Assembly (NCBI GenBank): GCA_002269645.1
Contig: NIVC01001558.1
Coordinates: 1 to 64,000, forward strand
From: Macrostomum lignano
Lineage: Eukaryota
Direction: 5' to 3'
Length of the DNA stretch: 64,000 nt
Of the stretch, positions 37,440 to 49,784 are shown piece by piece. A program made the position numbers and the translations under genes. The notes beneath the pieces are model-generated. The model worked only from the letters and a program-made list of their open reading frames with translations. It did no database searches and was not told where the DNA came from. Position 1 is the first letter of the stretch. Each line of letters starts with the position of its first letter.

Positions 37440-37815
37440 CCTAAAATACTTTACAATCACTATAAACCACCTTAGCAGGCGTAGAGAATCATACTAAACC
37501 CTTTGAGTCGCTTTAAACTCTCTAGAATCCACCCTGAACCACTTTGAGAATAACCCTAAACCCCTTGAAAATCATTCTAAACCCCTTGAGAATCACCATA
37601 AATTCTTTGAGAATCATCCTAAACGCCTTTGGTAATCCCCTAAACCCCTCGAGAATCGCCCTAAATCTCTTGAGATTACCCTTTGAGAATCGCCCTAAAC
37701 CCCTTGAGATTACCCTTTGAGAATCATTCTAAACCCCTTGAGAATCACCCTAAACCCCTCGAGAATCTCCATAAACACTTTGAGAATCACCCTTAACCAT
37801 TTGAGGATCACCCTA
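37440..37815. repeat. ~21-bp degenerate minisatellite (TTGAGAATCACCCTAAACCCC)
   Basis: Direct tandem copies; unit resembles the 24-bp intron 2 repeat. Confidence 0.85.
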
Positions 37816-38444
37816 TTGTTGAAAAAATTTGGTTTGGTTTTGAACAATGCAAAATTATGTCTCTTATTCACAGCTAGCAAGATTAAGATTATAATTACGA
37901 ATGCAGCTGTGAAATGCGCATATATAGCTAAACTATAACGCAGCCTGCATTTCCGTCAACTTCATTTTTTGTTTTTTTTCTTTCCTCCCGCCTCTCCTAC
38001 TCCCGTGAATCAAAAAATTTGCCAATTAGTGCCGGTCCGCCAAAGCCCGCTGTTTTTTAGCCTGCCCATAGTTTTTAATTATTCAAATAGCGGCTAAATT
38101 ACAGCCAGCATCATTGCCTTGCCGCATTATTGCCGATTTACTACCTTCATATGAAAGCAGATGGGACTAGATTGCTTGGAGACTAGGGTGACAAATTTTA
38201 CAGTAGGATAAGCTATCATATAATTTTTGTCCGATTTCCTGCTGGTTTTCCATCTGGGCGACTCAATCTGTTATTAACTTCCATTTGAAGTTTTTACATT
38301 GTTAAAAGGAGCTGATAGTATCGAATGCATGTGTTTTTCAATATCGGAGAGTTTTATCGAATACTGTGAACTGGTTAACCTCTGACTGGAAAATCTTTGA
38401 AAACTCAGAGTTGCTATGTGAGGACATGGGGCAAGTATAGGAGT

Positions 38445-39000
38445 TTCGAGAGTCCATGATTGCAATGCAGCAGTCAGTAGTCAGACACTGGAGCTTCCAG
38501 TCCAGATAGTTTAGGAGTCCTTGATTGAAATTCAGCAGCCAGTAGCCAGACACTGGAGCTTCCAGTCCAGATAGTTTAGGAGTCCTTGATTGAAATTCAG
38601 CAGCCAGTAGCCAGACACTGGAGCTTCCAGTCCAGATAGTTTAGGAGTCCTTGATTGAAATTCAGCAGCCAGTAGTCAGACACTGGAGCTTCCAGTCCAG
38701 ATGTTTAGGAGTCCATGATTGCAATGCAGCAGCCAGTAGTCAGACACTGGAGCTTTCAGTCCAGATAGTTTAGGAGTCCTTGATTGAAATTCAGCAGCCA
38801 GTAGTCAGACACTGGAGCTTCCAGTCCAGATAGTTTAGGAGTCCTTGATTGAAATTCAGCAGCCAGTAGTCAGACACTGGAGCTTCCAGTCCAGATGTTT
38901 AGGAGTCCATGATTGCAATGCAGCAGCCAGTAGTCAGACACTGGAGCTTCCAGTCCAGATAGTTCAGGGGTCCATGATTGCAATGCAGCAACGATTAGTC
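38445..39000. repeat. 65-bp minisatellite, ~8.5 copies, ending just before NOSIP
   Basis: TCCAGATAGT recurs at 38501 and 38566 (period 65). Confidence 0.93.
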
Positions 39001-39047
39001 AGGCGCAAAGCACACAATCGCACAAATTCACTTCAGCGTGACCAGTA

Positions 39048-39890
39048 ATGACGCGGCACTCCCGCAACAACACATCGCACAGTGTGTACACTTACCACGA
39101 GAAGCGTCGCGACGCCCAGGCCTCAGAGTACGGCACTAAGGAGGTCCGAGTCGGTCGGGACAGCGTCAAGAAATTCGACTGCTGCTGCCTGACTAATCAG
39201 CCGTGCAAAGATCCGGTGGTGACGCCCCAGGGCTACCTATACGACCGCGAGGCCATCCTGCAGTACATGCTGCAGCAGAGGCAGGAGCTGGTTAAGCAGG
39301 CCAAAGCGCGCGAACGCCAGCTGGCGGCCGAGGCGGCGCGCCAGGCGCAGGAACAGAGCAAGCAAGAGCACGAGACTGAGGTTAGCAAATACCTGAGCGC
39401 TAATACCGTGGCCAGCAGTCCGGATAAGAAGAAATCCGGCAGCGCCGAGCAGCCGGTCACGGCCTCCAACTTTTGGATACCCTCGGCCACGCCGTCCTCT
39501 TCTTCGGCGTCGTCCTCATCGACGGCGGCAAAGCCGGCACCGGCCCGACCGGACGACAAGGTCCGCTGTCCGATGTCTAAGAAGCCCCTGAGGCTGAAGG
39601 ATCTGATTTCCATTCAATTTAAACCCGCGCCCGGCGGCGGCTACCTGTGCGCCCTGACTGGCGATGTGTTGAACGATTCGACTCCGTTGTGCGTCATCCG
39701 GCCGTCCGGCTGCGTGGTCACCAAGGAGGCCGTCGACAAGCTGGTGCGGCCCGAGATGCGCGATCCGATCAGCGGGCGCGAGCTGACCCAGGCTGACATT
39801 GTGCAGCTGCAGAGGGGCGCTAGCGGCTTCGCTGGCAGCGGGCACAACCTGCTGTCTAAGCACACTGGCGTGGTTATGCATGTTGCTTGA
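39048..39890 (+). CDS. NOSIP: Nitric oxide synthase-interacting protein (E3 ligase), intronless CDS, 280 aa
   Basis: MTRHSRNNT.HSVYTYHEK, FDCCCLT.QPC.DPV.TPQGYLYDREAILQY and C-terminal DPISG.EL...DIVQLQRGASGF. Confidence 0.95.
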   Translation: MTRHSRNNTSHSVYTYHEKRRDAQASEYGTKEVRVGRDSVKKFDCCCLTNQPCKDPVVTPQGYLYDREAILQYMLQQRQELVKQAKARERQLAAEAARQAQEQSKQEHETEVSKYLSANTVASSPDKKKSGSAEQPVTASNFWIPSATPSSSSASSSSTAAKPAPARPDDKVRCPMSKKPLRLKDLISIQFKPAPGGGYLCALTGDVLNDSTPLCVIRPSGCVVTKEAVDKLVRPEMRDPISGRELTQADIVQLQRGASGFAGSGHNLLSKHTGVVMHVA

Positions 39891-39994
39891 CTAATACTCT
39901 GCTGCGCTTAACTGGCTTGCATTGTGGATTCCGGCTCCTCTCATCCTTAATCTGGGACTTTGTGTTGTTTAATGTAATGCTAATCTAAGCCGGA

Positions 39995-40185
39995 CTCTGA
40001 GAATGATCCTAAGACCGACTCTAAGGCTGACCTATAGACTGACTATAAGACTGACTTCAAGGCGGACCTATAGACTGACTATAAGACTGACTTCAAGGCG
40101 GACCTATAGACTGACTATAAGACTGACTTCAAGGCTGACCTTTAGACCGACTCTATGACTGACTCTAAGGCAGACCCTAAGGCTG
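39995..40185. repeat. 36-bp (3 x 12) minisatellite between NOSIP and PIG-U
   Basis: CTATAGACTGACTATAAGACTGACTTCAAGGCGGAC tandem copies. Confidence 0.85.
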
Positions 40186-40464
40186 GGTTACGAGTACTAT
40201 CAGGATGGGTGTTGTTAAGGCAACCCAGAATTTCAATTAACTTGCGATTGTCAACAGTTTGTATATGAATGGTATTATAATCTCTGTACAATTAAATTTT
40301 AAATACACTTGCAATTGACGGCAAATCCCATTTACTAAACATTTTACTACGCAGTAAAATAAAAAAATTATTTATTTGGCATTGTGGCCACATTTGACTG
40401 CCTAGTAACTGTAATTGCACACCTGTGCCAACCATTGTCAGTAAAACTGCCAACCAAACCGCAG

Positions 40465-41790
40465 GCGCTAACGGTATTCGGTCTGACTGCTCTGGAGTTG
40501 GCGCTGTGCTTAGCCGGCTGCCTCTGTCGTCTGGCTCTGCGCGCCTGGCTAACGCCGCAGTCCGTGCGCGCCTGGTCAAGCTCACCTGTGGAGTCCTGGA
40601 CAGCCGTGCGCGAGTACCTGGCCCTCCGTCGGGCCGGCGTCGATCCGTACGACGGCAGCGCGTTGCACTTGCCGCCGCTGTCGCTCCGGCTGATGCTGGC
40701 CGCCGACAGTCTGCTTGGCGGCGGCGACGGCGACCGAGCCTGGCTGGTGCTGCTCGCCCTGGAGCTAGCCGGCTGTCTAGCGCTCAAACGGTTGCTGCGC
40801 GAATTCGGCGCTTACACCCTGCGCCGACAGGCGGCCAACGTTGCCAGCTATTGCTCCGCCAGCGTCCCCATGCTGCTGTCCGGGGACAGCCTGCGCCGAC
40901 TGCGGCTTCCCGTCATTGCCGCCTACTGGTTCAATCCCTACAGTCTGGTGGCCTCAGTTGCCGAGGCAACCACGCCGCTTAGTAACCTGGTTGTCCTGCT
41001 CTGCCTAGCCGAGCTGTGCCGCGGTCGGGTCGGCTTCGCCGCCGCCTTGTGCGCGGCCGCCGCCTATCACGGCCTGTACCCGCTGTGCCTGATTGTGCCC
41101 ATCTGCCTGGCCGGCCCGGCCCGGCCCGCCCTGCTGGCCTTTGCTGGCACGCTGGCCTGCCTGCTGGCAGCTTCCTACATGCTGACTGGCGGCAGCTGGG
41201 CCTACCTGCAGTCTGTGTACGCCTTTCACGCTCTGGCGCCGGATCACACGCCCGGCTTCAGCCTGTCCTGGTACCTATTCTGCGAGGCGTTCGATCATTT
41301 TCGCAGCCTATTCCAGGCTGTGTTCCAGGCCAATCTGGTGTGCGTACTGGCCCCGCTGGCTATCAGATTCCGCTCCGATCCCTGCTTCCTAGCCGTGATC
41401 TGCTGGGCCTACACGGCTATATTCAAGCCCTACTGCTGCGTGTCTGAGCAGGCCCTGATAGCCTGTGTGTTCATCATGCACGCTCAGCTGCATGCTCACA
41501 TGCGCCGAGCTCTGCTAGCTATCATACTACTAATAGTAGCATTTGTACTGGCGCCAATCATGCACCATCTGTGGCTGTATCCGGGCAGTGCAAATTCCAA
41601 TTTCTACTTTGCCATCTCGCTGTTGCACTGCACAGCTATGGCCCTGCTGCTGTATCTATTCTGCATTGCCTATTTGAAACGGGAATTCCTACTGCATCAC
41701 GGGCCCCAGCCGTTGAAGTTTAGCGACGGCACCGAGGCTAAAATTGTGCTGCAGGCGCCAACAGTAAAACTGCTGTTTGTGAACAATTGA
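40465..41790 (+). CDS. PIGU: GPI transamidase component PIG-U; open frame with no genomic ATG before the conserved N-terminus
   Basis: SPVESW..VRE...GVDPYDGS.LH.PPL, YWFNPYS, PGFSLSWYLFCEAFDHFRSLF, LWLYPGSANSNFYFA; acceptor CCGCAG| at 40464 is phase 0; first in-frame ATG only at 40693. Confidence 0.92.
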   Translation, partial: ALTVFGLTALELALCLAGCLCRLALRAWLTPQSVRAWSSSPVESWTAVREYLALRRAGVDPYDGSALHLPPLSLRLMLAADSLLGGGDGDRAWLVLLALELAGCLALKRLLREFGAYTLRRQAANVASYCSASVPMLLSGDSLRRLRLPVIAAYWFNPYSLVASVAEATTPLSNLVVLLCLAELCRGRVGFAAALCAAAAYHGLYPLCLIVPICLAGPARPALLAFAGTLACLLAASYMLTGGSWAYLQSVYAFHALAPDHTPGFSLSWYLFCEAFDHFRSLFQAVFQANLVCVLAPLAIRFRSDPCFLAVICWAYTAIFKPYCCVSEQALIACVFIMHAQLHAHMRRALLAIILLIVAFVLAPIMHHLWLYPGSANSNFYFAISLLHCTAMALLLYLFCIAYLKREFLLHHGPQPLKFSDGTEAKIVLQAPTVKLLFVNN

Positions 41791-42167
41791 ATTCATTTTT
41801 CAGTCAAGTCTGCACTGTTAGCTACTGTATCCAATTTGTAGCCAAATTCTTAGTTTCACTCAGAATGTCTGTTTCTCATGCTCTGTTACAACGCTAATTT
41901 CGTTTCTTGTTTAGTAATTTTCTCTCTACTGCTTATCCTGTGCATTCTTTTGTAATGTCGCTTGAAAGCTGTCTGTCTGTCTGTCTTTATTTGTTATCTT
42001 TGCATTATTCTCTGTTTTATATTAGCTGCCATATTCACTGTTCCATAATTGTTCCTCTTGGAAATGCCTTGTTACACTATTCAAATAAATATACAGCAAC
42101 TAGTACAAGTTCATGCCTTTCTTGTCTCTTTGTGTTGCTCTTTATTTTACTTTATAGGTTTCGCATC

Positions 42168-43145
42168 TAACCTTCCAGTCTCTCAGTTCTACATGCATCT
42201 AACCTACCAGTCTCTCAGTTCTACATGCATCTAACCTTCCAGTCTCTCAGTTCTACATTCATCTAACCTTCCAGTCTCTCAGTTCTACATGCATCTAACC
42301 TTCCAGTCTCTCAGTTCTACATGCATCCAACCTTCCAGTCTCTCAGTTCTACATTCATCTAACCTTCCAGTCTCTCAGTTCTACATGCATCTAACCTTCC
42401 AGTCTCTCAGTTCTACATGCATCTAACCTTCCAGTCTCTCAGTTCTACATGCATCTAACCCTCCAGTCTCTCAGTTCTACATTCATCTAACCTTCCAGTC
42501 TCTCAGTTCTACATGCATCTAACCTTCCAGTCTCTCAGTTCTACATGCATCTAACCTTCCAGTCTCTCAGTTCTACATGCATCTAACCTTCCAGTCTCTC
42601 AGTTCTACATGCATCTAACCTTCCAGTCTCTCAGTTCTACATGCATCTAACCTTCCAGTCTGTCAGTTCTACATGCATCTAACCTTCCAGTCTGTCAGTT
42701 CTACATGCATCTAACCATCCAGTCTATCAGTTCTACATGCGTCTAACCATCCAGTCTGTCAGTTCTACATGCATCTAACCATCCAGTCTCTCAGTTCTAC
42801 ATTCATCTAACCTTTCAGTCTCTCAGTTCTACATTCATCTAACCTTCCAGTCTCTCAGTTCTACATGCATCTAACCTTCCAGTCTGTCAGTTCTACATGC
42901 ATCTAACCATCCAGTCTATCAGTTCTACATGCGTCTAACCATCCAGTCTGTCAGTTCTACATGCATCTAACCATCCAGTCTCTCAGTTGTACATGCATCT
43001 AACCATCCAGTCTATCAGTCATCCAGTCATCCAGTCTATGATAGGGTCTATCAGTTCTACATGCATTTAACCTTCCAGTCTCTCAGTTGTACAGTCATCT
43101 AACCTAACCCTCCAGTTTCTCAGTTCTACATGCATCTAACCCTCT
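42168..43145. repeat. 32-bp minisatellite (CTAACCTTCCAGTCTCTCAGTTCTACATGCAT), ~30 copies
   Basis: Direct tandem copies ending ~70 bp before the FAAH2 ATG. Confidence 0.97.
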
Positions 43146-43216
43146 AGTCATGCGATTAAAAGAAATCGCATGAAACTGTTTGCCAGTAGGTTAATCCGCT
43201 AATCCCCGCTGGTCTC

Positions 43217-44952
43217 ATGGCCAACCCATCTGCAGCCAGCCGCGACAGTCGCGTCGCTCTCAGCGACCGCCTGATTAGCATGGTGATGCGCGTTCTGCTT
43301 GGCACCATCCGCCCCCTGACCGGTATCTGCTTTGAAATTGTTTACCGACTGTTTGTGAAGCGTCGCCGAGTGCCGCCGCTGGAGAGCCCCCTGCTGGGCA
43401 TGTCGGCCGTGGCCCTGGCTGACGCTATCAGGCGCCGCGAGGTCACCAGCGAGGCCGTGGTGCGCGCCTCCATTGATCGAATGCGTTTGGTCCATCCGAT
43501 TATCAACGCCGTGGTGTGGGAGAGGTTAGCAATATCATATGCAATCTGATCTGTTATGAGCAGCTGGGCCAGGGCAGAAGTCTAAACGACGAAAAAACTG
43601 AAAGGGATTATCTGGGTCAAATAAATAAATGCCTGCTAGACACTGTTCAGGCAAGCTCAAGCATTGGATGCTAAGTTAAATATGAGTCAACTGTCACTTT
43701 GTCGGCAATCAGTTTGTTTGCAGTCAGTCTATCGGCAGTCTGTCTGTCTGCAGTCAGTCTATCTGCAGTCTGTCTCTGCAGTCAGTCTATCGGCAGTCTG
43801 GCTATTGGCAGTCTGTTTGTCTGCAGTCAGTCTATCGGCAGTCTGTCTGTCTGCAGTCAGTCTATCGGCAGTCTGGCTATTGGCAGTCAGTCTATCGGCA
43901 GTCTGGCTGTCTGCAGTCAGTCTATCGGCAGTCTGGCTGTCTGCAGTCAGTCTGTCTGCAGTCTGTTTGTCTGCAGTCAGTCTATCGGCAGTCTGTTTGT
44001 CTGCAGTCAGTCTATCGGCAGTCTGTTTGTCTGCAGTCAGTCTATCTGCAGTCAGTCTATCGGCAGTCTGGTAATTGCAGTCAGTCTGTCTGCAATCGGT
44101 CTATCGGCAGTCTGTCTGCCTGCAGTCAGTCCCAACACTGGCGGCCAGGCCAGGCCCAAAACGGCAACTATGTCCCCTTTCTCCCAGAAAGTAGTTTAAC
44201 AATTATTACGTCATCATTTGTAAGGGCCGAATAGAACATGTATTCACGTATTTATTTCTGCAGGTACGAAGCGGCCCTGCAGGACGCCAGGCGAGTTGAC
44301 GCTATGCTGGACTCCGACCCGGACAATCCCGAATGGAGCCGCGAGGCCAAGCCATTCCTGGGAGTGCCGGCCACCGTGAAGGAGGCCTTCGGCTTGGTTG
44401 GTGGCACCCAGTCTGTTGGCCTGTGGCTGCGCACCAGCATTCGCTCAGAGCGGGACGCTGTCTGCGTTGAACGAATGAAATCGGCCGGCTGCATCCCGCT
44501 GTGCCTCACCAACGTCAGCGAGCTGTGCATGTGGTGGGAGTCGCACAATCGGGTCAACGGCATCACTGGGAATCCCTACGATAGTAGGCGAATCGCCGGC
44601 GGCAGCAGCGGCGGCGAGGGTGCCAATGTGGGCGCCGGCTGCGCCCCGGTCGGCCTCGGCTCCGACATCGGCGGCAGCATCCGCATGCCGGCCTTCTTTA
44701 ACGGCGTATTCGGCCACAAGGCCACCGCCTACATGATCCCCAACGCGGGCCAGTACCCCGATGCCATAGCCGAGGGCCGCTACTTCATGCTTAGCGGCCC
44801 AATTGTAAGCCACGCCGAGGACCTGCTGCCCATGGTGCGCCTCATGGCCGGGCCCGAGAACTCCGCCCGGCTGCTCATCCGGCCGTCCGATCCCAGGCCG
44901 GACGTGAAACGGCTCAAGATCTACTATATGGAAGGTGAGCAGGTGGCATCTG

Positions 44953-44985
<33 letters not shown>

Positions 44986-44992
44986 CTGTTTT

Positions 44993-45023
<31 letters not shown>

Positions 45024-47756
45024 TAGTGTCTCAGTGTCTGTCTGTCTGTCTGTCTGTTTGCCTATCTCTCTGTGTGTCTTCTGCCTGTCTGTCTGTCTGT
45101 TTTTGTCTGTCTCTTTGTCTGTTTCTGTCTCTGTCTCTTTGTCTGTCTGTCTCTTTCTCTTTGTTTCTGTCTGTCTGTCTCTGTCTCTTTGTTTCTGTCT
45201 GTCTGTCTCTTTCTCTTTGTTTCTGTCTGTCTGTCTCTGTCTCTTTGTTTCTGTCTGTCTGTCTCTTTCTCTTTGTTTCTGTCTGTCTGTTTCTGTCTCT
45301 TTGTTTCTGTCTGTCTGTCTGTCAACTGTTTGTCTTTGTTTTGTTTATTAATTAGTTCATAGTAATAATAATAATAATAATAATACAAGCATTTTGCCCG
45401 TATTTTGCTCTGTAACTCAACTGTATTGCACAAACTGGCATTCCAGTGATTCCAGTTGGATTCCAGTGTAGCAGGGCAAATTTCCCAGTGCATGACTGAC
45501 AATCTCTGGATAGTGAATTAAGTCGCGTTCTTAAACATTTACGAGTAACCGTTCCCAATCCCTTCGCTGATTCGGTAGGGTAAATTTAAGAAAATTTAAG
45601 CGCGTTTTAACGCAGAATTTACACGTTTGCCGGAACAGACATACTTGAACAGCATTTTGACCTTCTATTCTTCCTTGTTGGAGATCTGACGCTTTTTGCT
45701 ACCAGATTTTCCAGTTTGTCAGCCCAGCGTGTACGAGGAGATTTTAGTTTTAAATAATATTGAGATATGAATGATTCAAGTTTTATGTGCCTGCGGCTTT
45801 CCATTCCGGCTCTGTTAGTTCATTAGTTCGTTAGTTTTAGTTAGCTAGCTAGTTAGCTAGTTAGTTAGTTATTTAGTTAGTTAGCTAGTTAGTTAGCTTG
45901 TTAGTTAGTTAGTTAGTTAGCTAGTTAGTTTTTTTCTTAGCTAGTTAGTTAGATATTTAGTTAGTTAGTTAGCTAGTTAGTTAGTTTCTTAGTTAGTTAG
46001 TTAGATAGTTAGTTAGTCACTTAGTTAGCTAGTTAGTTAGTTAGCTAGTTAGTTAGTTTCTTAGTTAGTTAGTTTCTTAGCTAGTTAGTTAGCTATTTAG
46101 TTAGTTAGTTAGTGAGTTAGTTAGTTAGTTAGTTAGTTAGTTTGTTTGTTTGTTAGTTAGTTAGTTTGTTTCTTAGCTATTTAGTTAGTTATTTAGTTAG
46201 TTAGCTAGTTAGTTAGCTTGTTAGTTAGTTAGTTAGTTGGTTAGCTAGTTAGTTATTTTCTTAGCTAGTTAGTTAGATATTTAGTTAGTTAGTTAGCTAG
46301 TTAGTTAGTTTCTTAGTTAGTTAGTTAGATAGTTAGTTAGTCACTTAGTTAGCTAGTTAGTTAGTTAGCTAGTTAGTTAGTTTCTTAGTTAGTTAGTTTC
46401 TTAGCTAGTTAGTTAGCTATTTAGTTAGTTAGTTAGCTAGTTAGTTAGCTTGTTAGTTAGTTAGTTAGTTAGCTAGTTAGTTAGTTTCTTAGTTAGTTAG
46501 TTAGATAGTTAGTTAGTCACTTAGTTAGCTAGTTAGTTAGTTAGCTAGTTAGTTAGTTTCTTAGTTAGTTAGTTTCTTAGCTAGTTAGTTAGCTATTTAG
46601 TTAGTTAGTTAGCTAGTTAGTTAGCTTGTTAGTTAGTTAGTTAGTTAGCTAGTCAGTTAGTTTCTTAGCTAGTTAGTTAGATATTTAGTTAGTCAGTTAG
46701 TTAGCTAGTTAGTTAGTTTCTTAGCTAGTTAGATAGTTAGTTAGTCAGTTAGTTAGCTAGTTAGTTAGTTTCTTAGCTAGTTAGATAGTTAGTTAGTCAG
46801 TTAGTTAGCTAGTTAGTTAGTTTCTTTGTTTGTTAGTTTCTTAGCTAGTTAGTTAGCTAGTTAGTTACGTCAGCTTCTGACACTGCTGCGCGTTTAGGCG
46901 ACAAGCGACCCGCAAACAGTGGGGAGACAAGCAGTTATGCCCAATTTCCTGAACCCTAAGCACTCACCCGATCACGTATGCCAGGCAGTAACCTCCCAGA
47001 TTCAGACAGTACTTATACAGTGTATCAGAGTTGGTCTGTGTAGGCGTTGATTGAGCTCAAAATTTACAGTCAAGACAGGCCCTGTTGCCTCTCACAAAAC
47101 AATATAGTTGCATTGAATTTGCAGACAGCGGCGACTCAATCTGGTGCTCTCCAGTTGAGCCTCGCATTCGCGAATGCATCCGCCAGGCGGCCGAGCACCT
47201 CAGAGCTGACCTCGGCCTGCCTGTACAGAAAGTGCAGCTGCGCAAACTGCGCCTATCGCCTCATCTGTGGTCAAGTAAAATGAAACTATCTGGCGAAGAG
47301 AGATTCGCTGTTCAAATGGGCGGCGGAGTCAAGCTGAACTGTTACCTGGAGCTGATCAAGTGGTGCCTATTGCGCTCGCATCACACCTTGCCAGCTATTG
47401 GGCTTGGCCTGTTCGAGCAGTTTGGCTCCGAGAATCTTGATAGGCGTCTGGCGGCCATCTGCGACCAGTTGAAGGCCGAGATGGAGGAGCTGCTGGGCGA
47501 CGACGGCGTGCTCCTGTACCCGGCTCACCCCACCTCGGCTCCCTACCATCACCAGCCGCTGACTCTGCTGTTCAATTTTGCCTACACTGGCATCTTCAAT
47601 GTGCTGGGCCTGCCAGCTACTAGCATCCCGATGGGCCTGGATCACAAAGGCATGCCAATTGGCCTGCAGGCTGTGGCCAATATGCACAATGATCGGTACA
47701 CTCTGCTGCTGGCCGAACTGCTTGAGAACAAGTTCGGCGGCTGGGTTCGACCGTGA
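43217..47756 (+). CDS. FAAH2: Fatty-acid amide hydrolase 2-like amidase; exons 43217-43524, 44264-44934, 47125-47756
   Basis: Amidase-signature Lys-Ser-Ser residues ([37 protein letters not shown]); junction phases 2 and 1 compatible; C-terminal GLPIG-type GMPIGLQ. Confidence 0.93.
43700..44130. repeat. 15-bp-based minisatellite (GCAGTCAGTCTATCG / GCAGTCTGTCTGTCT) in FAAH2 intron 1
   Basis: Tandem variant units. Confidence 0.9.
44945..45335. repeat. (TCTG)n-derived microsatellite in FAAH2 intron 2
   Basis: Starts ~10 nt after the donor; followed by a short (AAT)n run. Confidence 0.95.
45815..46866. repeat. (TTAG)n/(CTAG) compound microsatellite, ~1 kb, in FAAH2 intron 2
   Basis: Direct inspection. 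Confidence 0.95.
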
Positions 47757-48326
47757 TGATTTGTGGCGCTGGGGCTTTAACTTTTTTTATTTTAATATTG
47801 CGTGTTTCCCAGCCTAGAAGCTGGCAATTTAGAGAATGGTGATAGAGTCAAGCATTGAACGCTAAAAGCGTGCTTAAATGGCTCGTGATCGCTTATTGGC
47901 TGGAGTCATTTACTGCACGAGAAATATATCGTGTTACAATACTACTCAATACTTGGTTTTGAGTGCTTGAATGGCTAGGTCACAAGTGCGCGAAGCACAA
48001 TCCTATATTGAAGACTTGATTTTCATAGTCTATGGCCCAAAACGGGGGTCTGAGGAGCAACCAATTTGAGAGTTTTGGCGCTCAATTACTCATAATCCTT
48101 TCCAAAGTATTAATCGATAGAAATCCTGGGTGTCTCAAAGCAGAGCTGGAGCTTTGTCTAATCGACTGCTGTGGTTGTCTATGGTCCAAGGCTGGCACAA
48201 CTGTGGGGAAAATGATTTTCAAATTGAACTCAAAGTCTAAAACTGGTTGCTCCATTGATCCACCTTTTGGATCATAGACAAGGAAAAGCAGGTCTTCGAA
48301 TAGATTGATTCTCCCAGTGAGGCCCA

Positions 48327-48760
48327 GTGACTGTCTATGGCCAAAAGGCTATTGATTTAAAAGGGACTGTCTATGGCCAAAAGGCTATTGATTTAAAAGA
48401 GACTGTCTGTGGCCAAAAGGCTATTCATTTAAAAGGGACTGTCTATGGCCAAAAGGCTATTGATTTAAAAGGGACTGTCTATGACCAAAAGGCTATTGAT
48501 TTAAAAGGGACTGTCTGTGGCCAAAAGGCTATTCATTTAAAAGGGACTGTCTATGGCCAAAAGGCTATTGATTTAAAAGGGACTGTCTATGGCCAAAAGG
48601 CTATTGATTTAAAAGGGACTGTCTGTGGCCAAAAGGCTATTCATTTAAAAGGGACTGTCTATGGCCAAAAGGCTATTGATTTAAAAGGGACTGTCTATGG
48701 CCAAAAGGCTATTGATTTAAAAGGGACTGTCTATGGCCAAAAGGCTATTGATTCGAAAGG
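48327..48760. repeat. 36-bp minisatellite (GGGACTGTCTATGGCCAAAAGGCTATTGATTTAAAA), ~12 copies
   Basis: Direct tandem copies; explains ORF 48327..48779. Confidence 0.95.
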
Positions 48761-49784
48761 GAAAGCCATCAGGCACTGAGACCTGTCTGTGGTAAATACT
48801 CGCCAGTTTACTAATGCTAACTATATAGAACGAAGGCAGGTTGGGCCATAGACAACACAAAAATTCCTTACAAGCCGAGAGTCGGACATCCAAATTTGCA
48901 ACTTACGGCCGCAGGGTTTTGTCAGAGACTGAAAGTCTGTATCATTCCAAGAAAGCGACTTTGTATAATATAGCAAGCTTGGATGTCCAGCTCTGTGCTT
49001 GCATATTACATGTAGCTACCTGCTGGTGGACTCATTCTGTTACTTCTGCTATTTTCAAAGCTAACAATAAGTGCTGATTCAAGTGTCGATTTTATAATAA
49101 TTAGCTATCCAGTTTGGTTTCTATTCTTCTATACTATTTGCAAGATTTTCGCAGAGAGACACAATTTTATATAGACAATTTTTTCTCTTTGCTTGAACTG
49201 ATTTTTACTGCTTTCCTCCCTCCCTGCAAACCTGCGGACCATAATTGTTGTTGTTGTGTGTGTGTGTGTGTGTGTGTGTGTCCTGTTAGTCTGTTTTATC
49301 CGCTTCGTTTTGCTCTCTTCGTCTTAGAATTTCACTCTGGAAAGCTCCTGTCTTTTTTATTCTAATTTTGTGTGTTTCTTCAAACTCAAATCTTTAGCTT
49401 TTTCAAATATTTATAATTCAGCACACACACACAGTTTTGTTTTTCAACACAATATGTTGTGCCATGCTTTGTTTTCTTAATAAGGTTTTAGTTGCTTTAC
49501 TCGTATAGTTAGTACTCTTACTTACTATTTGCTTATTGCAATTAGCGCCTTGTCGCTTTGAGTCTGCTAATTTTTTCTAAATCCCACTTCGCTTTAACTG
49601 CCTATCAAGTAATAATTACGAGTTAATAAATCTCTTTTCTGAAAAAGGCCTAATTGAGCCTAATTAAACGAACATGGCATCGGTACAATTCTCTGTTTTA
49701 ACTAAACATCAAGCGGGTCAAATGCGAACTGTTGGTTGCCTTTCATGTTGATTACAGTTTTTTTGCACAGAAAAATTCATTTTC

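Noticed and set aside
45815-46866. Interstitial telomere
   Set aside because: Unit is TTAG/CTAG, not TTAGG or TTAGGG.
46880-47040. Possible SINE core fragment on the minus strand
   Set aside because: Resemblance too weak to support without a search.
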